DNA of 64,000 nt from contig CAZOVH010000001.1 in NCBI GenBank assembly GCA_964583675.1, positions 145,754-209,753 of the forward strand. The letters are read 5' to 3'. Within the stretch, counting starts at the first letter, position 1. Every line of letters begins with the position of its first letter. Positions 1-9,474 of this stretch are shown piece after piece. The notes below the pieces were generated by a model. The model did not search any database. It saw only the letters and a program-made list of their open reading frames with translations, and was not told where the DNA came from. The DNA comes from an uncultured Candidatus Saccharibacteria bacterium (GTDB taxonomy: Bacteria > Patescibacteriota > Saccharimonadia > CAILAD01 > GCA-016700035). Position numbers and translations under genes: made by a program.

Positions 1-131
1 CGCTTCCAATATATTGGTTTTACCAGTGGCATTTGGCCCAAGTATCAAAAAGACCGGCTCATCAAGGATAAGCTCGAGGGATTCATACGAGCGAAAATGA
101 GAGAGATGCAAACGAGTTAGCAACGATCCTC

Positions 132-1229
132 CTAGCTACGTAGCGGCATGATCAGATGAGTATACTGGTTATTTTTCTCTACCGGAACCACTACGCATGG
201 ATCCAGCTTATCATTCAGTCGCAACTCCACCTCATCAGTAGAGATCACTCCAAGCGCATCAATCAGAAAACGAACATTAAGAGATATTGTCGCGTCAGCC
301 CCATCAAGTTTTAGTGAAACCTCCGAAGTATTTTCGCCCACTTGAGCCGCCTCAGCGTGTAACTGAAGTGTTGAACCAGAAGCCTTTAAGGTAATAGTGT
401 GGGCACTTTCTCGAGCAAAAATTCCAGCCAGTCGAGCCGCTTGGGTAAGCTCAGTGCGCGAAGTTTTTAGCTTTGTGGCAGCTTGAGAGGGGATAATCTG
501 TGTATAATTCGGAAAATTTCCTTCAATGAGGCGAGTAACGAGTTCTACATTATCGATTGTAACCCGGGCTTCAGATTTACCGAGCTCAAACGTAATCTCA
601 GCCGAGTCTGTAGCTCCCGCCAAACGCAAGACTTCTTGCACTGTGCGAAGGGGGAGGATTACTGTGGCTTCATTACCACCAGAGGAAGGAATGCGCATTT
701 CCGCTAGACGATAACTATCAGTTGCCGCAAAGATAAGCTCATCAGCAGAAGACTTCATATAAACACCCGCGAGAACTGGTCGAGATTCATCAAGCGATGC
801 AGCCACAGCAACTTTCGTGAGAGCATCCACTATTACATCTCTTTTCAGTACTAGGTTCTGAGGAGAATCAATTGCTGGAATTGCAGGGAACTCCTCGGCA
901 GACATAGCTTGAATTTGGACTTCCGCACCAGCTGCAGCAATTTCTAACTTATTCTCATCTCCAGAAAGCATAATTTTATCACTCTGTAGGCTCTGAAGGG
1001 TTTCTAGTAGGAGCTTAGCTGGAACGCAGACGACTCCAGTTTGCTCAGCCTTACAGCCAATCGTAACAGTAAGAGCAATCTCTAAATTTGTTGCCGAAAG
1101 ACTTAAAGAGGATTTATCAGCCTTTAAAAGTATATTGCCCAGAATAGGCAAGCTTGTTCTTGAACCAACTACTCGACTGACAGTAGCTACGGCTTTCACT
1201 AAGTTTTCTTGTACAACAGATATTTTCAT
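132..1229 (-). CDS. dnaN: DNA polymerase III beta sliding clamp
   Basis: 365-aa ORF with a typical DnaN N-terminus (MKISVVQENL...ILGNILL). It sits directly downstream of dnaA on the same strand, the standard origin arrangement. Confidence 0.9.
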   Translation of the reverse strand: MKISVVQENLVKAVATVSRVVGSRTSLPILGNILLKADKSSLSLSATNLEIALTVTIGCKAEQTGVVCVPAKLLLETLQSLQSDKIMLSGDENKLEIAAAGAEVQIQAMSAEEFPAIPAIDSPQNLVLKRDVIVDALTKVAVAASLDESRPVLAGVYMKSSADELIFAATDSYRLAEMRIPSSGGNEATVILPLRTVQEVLRLAGATDSAEITFELGKSEARVTIDNVELVTRLIEGNFPNYTQIIPSQAATKLKTSRTELTQAARLAGIFARESAHTITLKASGSTLQLHAEAAQVGENTSEVSLKLDGADATISLNVRFLIDALGVISTDEVELRLNDKLDPCVVVPVEKNNQYTHLIMPLRS

Positions 1230-1352
1230 GAGTTGGTCCTTTCTTTAATCTTTTATATATACATGGAAGTGGTAGTAATGGGTGCTGTGGAAACTGGGGA
1301 GAAGTGGTTTTTAGGGGCACTGGACTTCGAGAAGAATGTTCTTTGAAGATGT

Positions 1353-1535
1353 GTGGATGGGGTGTGCAAACTGGCTCTGGATGACGTGGGGATAAGCTGG
1401 TGATTGTGGAGAACGGAAGAGAGGGTAGGGATAACATGTGGAGAATTTTGGTGGTAAACCACAATTTGCCAACACTTTTTCCGCAACTTTTCCACGAGGT
1501 TATCCTCATGTTGTCCACAGGCAAACTGTGGACAA
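1353..1535. promoter_or_regulatory. DnaA-box cluster in the dnaA-dnaN intergenic region (oriC part 2), with an AT-rich stretch at ~1240-1275
   Basis: 9-mers matching or near TTATCCACA are visible: TTGTCCACA at 1511-1519, its inverted copy TGTGGACAA at 1527-1535, TTATCCTCA at 1500-1508, TGTGGAGAA at 1405-1413 and TGTGGATGG at 1353-1361. The AT-rich run tttaatcttttatatatac next to the dnaN start could be a DNA-unwinding element. Confidence 0.5.
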
Positions 1536-1566
1536 AAACCGAAATTGTTCAGTAACTTTCGCATCG

Positions 1567-2973
1567 CTATGCCGCCATAAATTCTTGATGGATACGCTGA
1601 CGAACCTCAACTATCTCTTGAGTGACAGGGTCTTTAGATCTCATCAGGGTTTCGACTTTATCGCAGCCGTGCATGATAGTGGTGTGATCTCGCCCCCCTA
1701 AGTGACCCCCTATTTGAGGGAATGAAAGGTCGAGCTCGGAGCGCAAAATATACATTGCTATTTGACGAGGTAATACGATGTCTTTACTACGCCTTTTCCC
1801 GGAGAGGTCATCAGAACTGAGGCCATAATATTGAGCAATCTCTTCTATTACTTGCTTGGGACTTGGTTTGCGTCGGCTTCCGCCGGTCTGCGCTGGGCCA
1901 CCTAGAATTTGTGCGACAATCTCTAGTGATGGTTTTTCGTGGTGGAGTTCACAATGCATGTATACCTTGTTAAAACCACCCTCTAGCTCACGGATATTGG
2001 TCGAAATTCTCTCAGCAATAGCTTCAGCAATTTCAAGCGAGATAGAGAAATTTTTTTCTTCGGCCTTAGCCTGAATAATCGCAACGCGCGTTTCAAGGTC
2101 TGGCGGTTGAATATCTACTACCATGCCCCACTCAAATCGACTACGCAGACGCTCTTCCAGCTCGGGGATTTCCTTTGGAGGACGATCGGAACAGATGACA
2201 ATTTGCTTATTAGCTTGGTGGAGCGCATTAAACGTATGGAAGAATTCTTCCTGAGTTGTTTCTTTCTTTTTAATAAACTGAATATCATCTACAAAAAGCA
2301 CATCAACTTCACGGTATTTATTTGTGAAAGCTTCAGACTTACGCACTGAATCTACAAAGGTTTTATAAAATTCCTCAATGGTGATATACATCAGCTCGAG
2401 GTTTTTGTTGCGGCGAGTAAGCTCACCATAAATTCCCCACATAAGGTGTGTTTTTCCAACTCCAGCTGGGCCGTAGAGAAACAGGGGATTGTAGTCGGTG
2501 CCAGGCTTTTCGGCTACCAGTCGAGCGGCCGAGTGGGCTAATCGATTTGATGAGCCAACAATAAAGTTGTCGAAATTATAGCGCTCAACTAAGTGTTGCT
2601 TCTGATTGAAGAGATTTGGCTGAGGTGCAGTTTGACTTGTATTGCGGCCAAGTGATTTGCGGGGAGCTTGCATAGTATTAGGGAGTTCAAGCTCAACATT
2701 AGCGGGTTGTGCGGTGGAGCGAATAACGTAATCAATCTTTTCTATGCCTTCAATATGGTTGGCGAGGGCATCTAAAATATCGTTTTCAAACCGAGCCTTT
2801 ATTTGCGCGCTAGAAAAAGGATTGGGGACAACCAGTACGGCAGCGTTACCCTGAACCGACTCGAGAATAACGGGTTTTACAAATGTCTTAAAACTGTGAC
2901 CACTCAGGGAAACTTCAAGTTCTCCAAGTATTGTCTGCCAAATCGAATTTAAGTCAGAGCGTTGTTGCCCCAT
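1567..2973 (-). CDS. dnaA: Chromosomal replication initiator DnaA
   Basis: Walker A motif [10 protein letters not shown], an AAA+ core, and the C-terminal DnaA signature ([20 protein letters not shown]). The preferred start is the ATG at 2973 ([13 protein letters not shown]...), which has an AGGAG ribosome-binding site. The track's 3045 start would read through a perfect DnaA box. Confidence 0.9.
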   Translation of the reverse strand: MGQQRSDLNSIWQTILGELEVSLSGHSFKTFVKPVILESVQGNAAVLVVPNPFSSAQIKARFENDILDALANHIEGIEKIDYVIRSTAQPANVELELPNTMQAPRKSLGRNTSQTAPQPNLFNQKQHLVERYNFDNFIVGSSNRLAHSAARLVAEKPGTDYNPLFLYGPAGVGKTHLMWGIYGELTRRNKNLELMYITIEEFYKTFVDSVRKSEAFTNKYREVDVLFVDDIQFIKKKETTQEEFFHTFNALHQANKQIVICSDRPPKEIPELEERLRSRFEWGMVVDIQPPDLETRVAIIQAKAEEKNFSISLEIAEAIAERISTNIRELEGGFNKVYMHCELHHEKPSLEIVAQILGGPAQTGGSRRKPSPKQVIEEIAQYYGLSSDDLSGKRRSKDIVLPRQIAMYILRSELDLSFPQIGGHLGGRDHTTIMHGCDKVETLMRSKDPVTQEIVEVRQRIHQEFMAA

Positions 2974-3014
2974 ACTCACCACTCCTTCACATAGCTTTAT
3001 CTGTATACTACTAG

Positions 3015-3088
3015 TTTTCCACAGGCCTGCCAAGTATTTATCCACATACCACCCACAATATTCTGAGGGGCTGTGGATATGTGGACGA
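3015..3088. promoter_or_regulatory. DnaA-box cluster upstream of dnaA (oriC part 1)
   Basis: A perfect TTATCCACA lies at 3038-3046 and TTTTCCACA at 3015-3023. Inverted boxes TGTGGATAT (3072-3080) and TGTGGACGA (3080-3088) follow, all between dnaA and rpmH. Confidence 0.55.
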
Positions 3089-3133
3089 GAAGGGGTTGAA
3101 ATATCAGGAGAAAACAGGTATACTACTGCAGAT

Positions 3134-3268
3134 ATGAAACGAACTCATCAACCAAAGAAACGCCGTCGCCAACGAGTGCACGGATTTATGGCTCGTATGA
3201 AGACTCGAGTTGGTCGCGCAGTTTTGAAGCGTCGTCGACTTAAGGGTCGGTCACGCGTAGCTATCTAA
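3134..3268 (+). CDS. rpmH: 50S ribosomal protein L34
   Basis: A 44-aa ORF absent from the track because it is under 60 aa: [44 protein letters not shown]. This is the canonical L34 sequence, and it sits directly upstream of rnpA. Confidence 0.85.
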   Translation: MKRTHQPKKRRRQRVHGFMARMKTRVGRAVLKRRRLKGRSRVAI

Positions 3269-3282
3269 GAGGTAGGCAACCC

Positions 3283-3618
3283 ATGTTTGCGCGCTCACAG
3301 CGCCTCAAAAAAAGCTCTGACATTGCTCGTGTATATAAGCGGGGAAACAGAGCTTTTTCAGATCATCTAAAAGTGCACTTCCTAGCTAATCCGCGAGGCG
3401 GAATGCGTGTAGCGGTTGTGGCTTCCAAAAAGCTTAATAAGCGGGCTGTCGTTCGCAATCGGGCAAAACGCCGAGTTCGTGAGCTGTTAAAAGCAGAGCT
3501 AATAGGTGCGACGTATGCTGGATTTGATATACTGGTAACCATACAGGCGGGCATTGAAGATGTGAGCATCGATGTCTTGCGGCGAGAGGTGCAAAAAATT
3601 GTTGGAAGGATACGTTAA
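3283..3618 (+). CDS. rnpA: Ribonuclease P protein component
   Basis: A basic 111-aa protein with the RnpA pattern (KRAVVRNRAKRRVRE). It follows rpmH in the conserved rpmH-rnpA-yidD-yidC order. Confidence 0.85.
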   Translation: MFARSQRLKKSSDIARVYKRGNRAFSDHLKVHFLANPRGGMRVAVVASKKLNKRAVVRNRAKRRVRELLKAELIGATYAGFDILVTIQAGIEDVSIDVLRREVQKIVGRIR

Positions 3619-3870
3619 GTGCGACGAGCTGTACAAAAAGTAATTCGTGGTTATCAGCGCACATTATCGCCTGATCACGGGGCACTTAAAGTGTTTTATC
3701 CATATGGCTGTTGCCGGTTTTATCCCACCTGTAGCGAGTATACGCACGAAGCGATCGGTAAGTACGGAATTGCAAAAGGGGGCGCACTCGCAGTAAAGCG
3801 ACTAGGGCGCTGTCATCCATGGAGTGCTGGCGGCATAGATCTAGTGCCTGATATAGGAAAGAAAGGTTAA
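3619..3870 (+). CDS. yidD: Membrane protein insertion efficiency factor YidD
   Basis: The conserved YidD core YPTCSEY...RCHPW is present. The gene uses a GTG start immediately after the rnpA stop. Confidence 0.8.
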   Translation: MRRAVQKVIRGYQRTLSPDHGALKVFYPYGCCRFYPTCSEYTHEAIGKYGIAKGGALAVKRLGRCHPWSAGGIDLVPDIGKKG

Positions 3871-3873
3871 AAA

Positions 3874-4698
3874 ATGTTCGATACGATTTTTGTTCAGCCA
3901 TTAATGAATGTCCTGTTCTTTATATATGGCATAATTCCGGGTCACGATTTTGGTGTGGCGGTAATTATTATGACGGTACTTATTCGTTTTGCGTTGTGGC
4001 CAGTTATGGCGAAGCAGCTGCATTCGCAAAAGAAGATGCAGGCACTGCAGCCAGAGATTGCTAAAATCCGAGCCGAAACTAAAGGCGATAAACAGCAAGA
4101 GAGTGCTCGCCTAATGGAGCTTTATAAGGAAAAGGAAATTAACCCTCTCGCTTCGTGTTTGCCGCTCATCATTCAGTTGCCTTTCTTAATCGCGCTGTTT
4201 GCCGTGTTTAGTCGTGCAACACAGGGGATAGAAGTGGTTGCGCCTTTACTTTACGGCCCGGTGAAAAACCTTCCTTGGATTCAGCAGGTTATTCAAAATC
4301 CAAGCCTATTTTCTGCTGAACTTTTTGGAATTGTAAATCTTGCGGCTAAAAACAATATTATTCTCGCGCTCATTGCTGGTGCTACGCAGTATTACCAGGT
4401 TTGGCAGATTACTCCAAAGAATGTTGATGCTAACGACCCAAGTGCTGCTGCTAATAAGATGATGACTTGGATGTTCCCGCTTCTTACTGCTTGGATTGGG
4501 TATACATTGGTAGCTGCATTACCGCTTTATTGGGCAGTATCAAATGGGATCAGTATTTTGCAACAAACCCTGATTATGCGTGGTGAAGTTGATAAAATGG
4601 AAGAAGCCAAAGTGGTAACAAAGGTTCGTGAAGTAGGTGCTCCATCAACAGCAAAAAAGACTAAGAGTAAGGGTAAGTCTAAACGAAAGAAGGGGTAG
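3874..4698 (+). CDS. yidC: Membrane protein insertase YidC/Oxa1 family
   Basis: Multi-transmembrane 274-aa protein with a basic C-terminal tail (KSKGKSKRKKG). It lies between yidD and jag. Confidence 0.8.
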   Translation: MFDTIFVQPLMNVLFFIYGIIPGHDFGVAVIIMTVLIRFALWPVMAKQLHSQKKMQALQPEIAKIRAETKGDKQQESARLMELYKEKEINPLASCLPLIIQLPFLIALFAVFSRATQGIEVVAPLLYGPVKNLPWIQQVIQNPSLFSAELFGIVNLAAKNNIILALIAGATQYYQVWQITPKNVDANDPSAAANKMMTWMFPLLTAWIGYTLVAALPLYWAVSNGISILQQTLIMRGEVDKMEEAKVVTKVREVGAPSTAKKTKSKGKSKRKKG

Positions 4699-4702
4699 GG
4701 GG

Positions 4703-5170
4703 ATGAAAATTTCTGAAGAGCACCTAGCAAGCGCAAAACAAATTATTGCAGATATGCTCACAGCTATGGGGTTCGAAGAATTTACGGTGTATGAAGACCA
4801 GCTGGAAAGTCGGCAAATTCTCTCGATCGCTGCAGATAACCAAGCAGTTTTAATTGGTCGCAAAGGTGAGAGCCTGACGGCTTTTCAGTCATTATTTAAT
4901 GCTGTTTTAAAACACAAAGATCCTACGGCTCCTTTTATTACTATTGATATCGCCGGGTATAAAAAAGAGCGCATTGAAAAGGTGATGCGGATTGCCGAGG
5001 AGACAGCGCAAAAAGTTCGAGACTATGGCCGCGAACAAGAGATGCGGCCTATGAATGCATTTGAGCGTCGAGTGGTACACATGGTGTTAGCCGAAATGCC
5101 TGAACTGGAAACAGAAAGTGTTGGTGAAGACCCAAATCGAAAAGTAATCGTTCGTTTGAAGCAGACCTAG
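4703..5170 (+). CDS. jag: Jag/SpoIIIJ-associated RNA-binding protein (KH/R3H)
   Basis: An R3H-like C-terminus (NAFERRVVHMVLAEMPELETESVGEDPNRKVIV) and the position after yidC support the call. The likely start is ATG 4703 (MKISEEHL), which is preceded by GGGGG. Confidence 0.7.
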   Translation: MKISEEHLASAKQIIADMLTAMGFEEFTVYEDQLESRQILSIAADNQAVLIGRKGESLTAFQSLFNAVLKHKDPTAPFITIDIAGYKKERIEKVMRIAEETAQKVRDYGREQEMRPMNAFERRVVHMVLAEMPELETESVGEDPNRKVIVRLKQT

Positions 5171-6939
5171 TCGACCGGCGGGAAGTCGAGTGATGATCGA
5201 TAGGTTGTGTAGAATGTGTTGGTCTTAGAAACTTGACCGTTTGTGACGATGTCACGATAGAATACTGTCTTTGATGGTTGAGTTGCATCGTTGCTACCGC
5301 TAACAAAGTAGGGTCCTCGAATAACACCACTTTTTTCTTTAGTCCCATAAAAACGGAATTTTAGTGTAGTACCAACCATTTCGGTTTGAATAAGTATGTG
5401 GTGGGACGTGTCGTTTCTAAACTTAAAATCTACCTGCGGATAGTAAATAGTTGCGTCAACACCTGGAACCCCATATGGAGCAGTGTAGTATTCGACTGCA
5501 AACGAGTGGTTGTATCTTTCAAGGATTGGTAGACCAGCCAGCAGGGCAGCACGAAATGCGGTTGAGCTTACTTGGCAGAGCCCGCCACCGTATTGGCTTT
5601 CGGTCCGGCCTTCAAGGATAACACGCCCCTCCTTATAGCCTTGTTCGGGTCCGACCTTTCCGAGGATTTCACCAAAACTAAACACTTGGCCAGGCTTAAG
5701 GAGTACGCCATTATATCTTTTGGCTCCAACCCGTACATTAGTGAGGCGGTTTGCAGATGAGCCAGGGAAGTACGATACGCCTTCTGATAACAGTTCCTTA
5801 ATTCCGAGCTGATCAATGGTTTCGCTCGTTACATCAGCTTTAGTTACGACAACCGTGAGTGGAATGGTAGTTTCTACAGTTTCGGACAGAATCGTTTCAG
5901 AAATGGTCTTTGCGGTGGTGTCGAGATCTACTGCGCGGCCATCTTGGCTTTGCTGAAACACGGTAGCACGATCGCCTTCGACGGTAAGTGTAGCATCAAC
6001 TGCTTTTTGGTTAATATCTTTTGCAACCGAGCTAAGGTAGCTCTTGATGCGTGATGAATCCATTCCTAGCTGGGTGAGAGCTTCGGGTTGTTGGAGATAG
6101 TAGTTTTGGACTAAGTCTTGGCGCAGAGGCATAGTGCCATCCGAATAGCTGAGCCAGCTTAGGAGTTCTTGGGTTGGTACGGTCCAGGTTCTTTTTTCAA
6201 ATGTGAGTGTCATTGGTGTGCGTACGTACGGCTCGAGATTAGCCCTTTTTTCTTCGAGAGCAGAGCTAGTGACGGAAGCTGTTTGCGTGTGTGTTGTTAC
6301 TACTACATTGCTTCTTTGTAACTTGGTAACGATATCTGTGTAGTCTGTGATGAAGCCCCCCAAATTCATACGGGTGCCCGGTTGACTATCATTAACTATG
6401 AGGCTGCCTTGCTCACCAGCTGTATAGCTAGCGTTTTGCACGGGAACAGCTAGGCTCTTAGAAAGCGGCTGTAAAATAGCGTAAAGCTTTGTGGTGTTAT
6501 AGGTGACTTGCCCGTCACTATTGCTATTTATACCAAGCAGAAGGCCTGCCTGATCGGAGACTTGCTGGAAGGCTTGGCCATTGCGACCTTTTTGATAGGC
6601 TGCCGCTAGGTCATCTTGTATGGCATAGCGTAATTCAACTTCCGAGGCGGGGATAGAGGCGGTTTCTTCTGATGCATCGCTTTTAACGACAATTGTGGAG
6701 GATTCGATATATTGCTGAGTTTCTTTTTCTACTAAAGCTTGAGCTTCGGTCTTTGTGAGGCCACCCACATACACACCATATACCTTCACGCCTGGAAGGA
6801 ATCTACCCTGATAGGCTAGGCGTAAAACTCCAAGTAAAATAATCACAAACAGGGCAGCGCCGACAATAATTAGGAAGGCTATTTGCCAGCGTTTAAGTCG
6901 GTATTTTGTGGGCAATGAGAACTGCTCGGATGGATTCAT
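5167..6939 (-). CDS. VanW-domain protein, membrane-anchored
   Basis: The C-terminal VanW-like segment (GGGLCQVSSTAFRAALLAGLPILERYNHS...YGVPGVDATIYYP) is present, with an N-terminal transmembrane anchor. The likely start is MNPSEQ at 6939. Confidence 0.7.
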   Translation of the reverse strand: MNPSEQFSLPTKYRLKRWQIAFLIIVGAALFVIILLGVLRLAYQGRFLPGVKVYGVYVGGLTKTEAQALVEKETQQYIESSTIVVKSDASEETASIPASEVELRYAIQDDLAAAYQKGRNGQAFQQVSDQAGLLLGINSNSDGQVTYNTTKLYAILQPLSKSLAVPVQNASYTAGEQGSLIVNDSQPGTRMNLGGFITDYTDIVTKLQRSNVVVTTHTQTASVTSSALEEKRANLEPYVRTPMTLTFEKRTWTVPTQELLSWLSYSDGTMPLRQDLVQNYYLQQPEALTQLGMDSSRIKSYLSSVAKDINQKAVDATLTVEGDRATVFQQSQDGRAVDLDTTAKTISETILSETVETTIPLTVVVTKADVTSETIDQLGIKELLSEGVSYFPGSSANRLTNVRVGAKRYNGVLLKPGQVFSFGEILGKVGPEQGYKEGRVILEGRTESQYGGGLCQVSSTAFRAALLAGLPILERYNHSFAVEYYTAPYGVPGVDATIYYPQVDFKFRNDTSHHILIQTEMVGTTLKFRFYGTKEKSGVIRGPYFVSGSNDATQPSKTVFYRDIVTNGQVSKTNTFYTTYRSSLDFPPVD

Positions 6940-7035
6940 AGTATGCGCGTATGGCTCCGTAACTATACATAGTATAACTGGTTTTTGTTCGGTGCGCGAA
7001 TAAAAAATCCCCACGCGCAAACGTGGGGAGAGGGT

Positions 7036-8247
7036 TTAGCTAGCTCTGCCAGTCCAGGTTCCGTCCGCCCATGACCAGCCAGCGTACGGACCGAAAGCTG
7101 CTGTGTTGATTCCGGTGACGTGGACGGTTTTTCCGGAGCTAACAAACTGTCCGCCACCAATCGAAAGCATGACGTGACCGTAGTAGCCGTTTTGCCACGA
7201 TGGTTTGAAGAAGGCGAGAGCGCCAGCTGGCACATTGGTGTCTCCGGCGTGGAACTGCCCGGAGTTGATTTTCTGATACATGTTGGCCTTAGCGCTGAGG
7301 TAGCGTCCGGTAGTTCCGAAAGCGTTTTCAACAAAGCGCTCACACAGATTTCTGTATCCGGTATTCCCGACTATGCTACGTGCCCAGTTGATGGCACGCT
7401 GTTCGCGCAGGCTTGTGCAGCTGGGCGCATCGCCGCTGACAGGATAGACAGCGGTGTAGGCCTGAGTCATTTCAACCGAAACTTGGCGCACGTTGCCCCA
7501 ACCCCCATAGCACTGGTCGAGTTGAGTTGTACTTGTTACGGTGTAACTCCGTCCTCCAAGGATGACATAAGTTGCGGGGCCATATCCTGCTGAATAGTAC
7601 AGGTTGCGTTCTGCGAGTGGGGTGAAAGGCTTGGCGCCCAGATCGGCTCGCCACACGATGGATCCACTCTGGAAATCCTGACGCGTGACACCATTCCAGG
7701 AATACTCATTGCTGCGTGGATAACCGAGCCAGCCATCGGCGCCACCTTGTGAGATGAAGTAGTCACGAATGCCGCCATGTACTCCGTAGGCTTGCCCGAC
7801 AGCGTCGCCTCGCATGACCAGCGTCCAGCCCCAGCTGCCGTAGTTGAAGTCTTGAGTCCAGCCTGCAGCCCAGCGATGTGAGTCGTTGTAGGGATAGCCG
7901 ACCGTCTGGCTGCCCATTCTCACGACGTACTGCCAGTGTTGTCCAACTACAGGGAACACCATCGACTGATTGCAGGTCGGTGACATCAGCGCTGCATCGC
8001 TGAAAGACCCACCACCGTAGTCTTGCAAGCAGCCGTTGTTCCACCAGTGCACACCGTTTTCGGCGCTGCCAATTGCGTTTCCCCCTCCGATGCGGTTGTA
8101 GGCTGCCACCCAAGCTGGGCCTGAGCCACCCTCACCTACGGTGGCAGCTCCTGCAGATGGAGCTGCCAGCACCGCGAAGACCGTGCCTATGAATACTGCA
8201 AGCAGTACCCGTAGGCTCACCCTCCAGGCCTTTGTGTGTGTCGCCAT
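7036..8247 (-). CDS. Secreted cell-wall hydrolase: signal peptide + ~3 LGFP repeats + C-terminal CHAP/NlpC-P60-like Cys/His domain
   Basis: A signal peptide is present (MATHTKAWRVSLRVLLAVFIGTVFAVLAAPSAGAA). LGFP-repeat matches include GGIRDYFISQGGADGWLGYPRSNEYSWNGVTRQDFQSGSIVW. The C-terminal domain has a candidate catalytic Cys (NLCERFVENAFG) and His (GHVMLSIGGG). The gene is visibly GC-richer than its flanks. Confidence 0.65.
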   Translation of the reverse strand: MATHTKAWRVSLRVLLAVFIGTVFAVLAAPSAGAATVGEGGSGPAWVAAYNRIGGGNAIGSAENGVHWWNNGCLQDYGGGSFSDAALMSPTCNQSMVFPVVGQHWQYVVRMGSQTVGYPYNDSHRWAAGWTQDFNYGSWGWTLVMRGDAVGQAYGVHGGIRDYFISQGGADGWLGYPRSNEYSWNGVTRQDFQSGSIVWRADLGAKPFTPLAERNLYYSAGYGPATYVILGGRSYTVTSTTQLDQCYGGWGNVRQVSVEMTQAYTAVYPVSGDAPSCTSLREQRAINWARSIVGNTGYRNLCERFVENAFGTTGRYLSAKANMYQKINSGQFHAGDTNVPAGALAFFKPSWQNGYYGHVMLSIGGGQFVSSGKTVHVTGINTAAFGPYAGWSWADGTWTGRAS

Positions 8248-8355
8248 CGTTCACTCCTTGTGACTTGCGAATGGGACCACTCCACCATACTGAGATAAGC
8301 GTTTTATCTGCAAGCATGTGCGACATCAGTAGGAAATAGTCGGTATAATAGCTGT

Positions 8356-9474
8356 ATGGCACGAATTCTTATAGACGGTCGATGGATGAAAGATAGCGGA
8401 ATTGGTCGCTATGTAGAAAACCTCACACTCGAAGTTGTTAAACAGGATGCGAAAAATACTTACATCATCTTGGTGAAAAAGGGTGAGTCTGATTGTTTAC
8501 CACTTCCAAAAGGTAAGGTTGAATATGTTGAGACCGATATCGCCTGGTACACACCACAAGAGCAAATCGCGCTCCCTAAAATTATCGAAACTCACAAGCC
8601 GGATTTGGTGCATTTTACAAATTTTAATATTCCACTTGGCTATCGAAAGCCATTTGTAGTCACTATTCACGACCTTACCCTCTTAAAGTACAAAAGTATT
8701 CGTGGAGGACTCTTGGCTCCCTTTACATACCGACTGAAAGACGTGGTGATGCGCCACGTTCTTAAGACTGCCGTGAAGCGTAGCAAACTGATTTTTACAC
8801 CGAGCCAGTTTGTGGCCGAAGATGTTGCTCGACAGTATCGTTGTGATTTAGGCAAAATAATTGTTACACACAATGCAGCCGATGGCCTGACGCAAACCGG
8901 ACGTGTGAATCTAGCAAAGTATGGGATCGATAAGCAGTTTCTGTTGTGTGTCGGGAATCCCTACCCGCACAAAAATATTGAACGTCTTTTGAAGGTATTC
9001 GCACAGCTCGTTAAAAACGAACAAGTTGCTTATCAGCTTGTAGTCGTAGGACGAGATAACGAATTTATGGCTCGCCACAAAAAACTTGTTAAAAAACTTA
9101 AGCTCGAAGATCGAGTGGTTTTTCCAGGCTATGTCAGTGACGCCGAACTGGCTGGCATTTATCAAAAAGCCACCCTTTATGTGTTTCCATCCCTTTCGGA
9201 AGGTTTTGGTATTCCTGGTTTGGAAGCCATGAAATATGGTGTTCCGGTAGCTAGCTCTAATGCTACCTGTCTTCCGGAAATTTTAGGCGATGCTGCTGCA
9301 TATTTTGATCCCAAAAATACGCAGGATATAGCAAAGGTCATAGGTGAGTTGATGCAAGACGAAGTGCGTCGTAAGCAGCTTGTGAGCTTAGGTTACAAAC
9401 AAGTGAAAAAATATGCTTGGAGCACATCTGCCAAAGAACTTATTCGTGGCTACAACAAAGCACTTAAGGGCTAG
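8356..9474 (+). CDS. Glycosyltransferase family 4 (GT-B, group 1)
   Basis: C-terminal GT4 motifs are present: PSLSEGFGIPGLEAMKYGVPV. A TATAAT at 8344-8349 sits directly against the ATG. Confidence 0.8.
   Translation: MARILIDGRWMKDSGIGRYVENLTLEVVKQDAKNTYIILVKKGESDCLPLPKGKVEYVETDIAWYTPQEQIALPKIIETHKPDLVHFTNFNIPLGYRKPFVVTIHDLTLLKYKSIRGGLLAPFTYRLKDVVMRHVLKTAVKRSKLIFTPSQFVAEDVARQYRCDLGKIIVTHNAADGLTQTGRVNLAKYGIDKQFLLCVGNPYPHKNIERLLKVFAQLVKNEQVAYQLVVVGRDNEFMARHKKLVKKLKLEDRVVFPGYVSDAELAGIYQKATLYVFPSLSEGFGIPGLEAMKYGVPVASSNATCLPEILGDAAAYFDPKNTQDIAKVIGELMQDEVRRKQLVSLGYKQVKKYAWSTSAKELIRGYNKALKG

Noticed and set aside
483-714. ORFs 483..707 and 526..714 on the plus strand inside dnaN
   Set aside because: They lie entirely antisense within the well-supported dnaN gene and have no ribosome-binding site or recognisable product. 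They are typical spurious antisense frames.
1117-1701. ORFs 1117..1524(-), 1253..1564(-) and 1438..1701(+) in the dnaA-dnaN spacer
   Set aside because: They overlap the DnaA-box/AT-rich origin region and each other, and their composition is low-complexity. The region is better explained as non-coding oriC.
2974-3045. Longer dnaA N-terminus starting at 3045
   Set aside because: It would be translated through the perfect TTATCCACA box. The ATG at 2973 has a good AGGAG ribosome-binding site and gives the canonical DnaA N-terminus.
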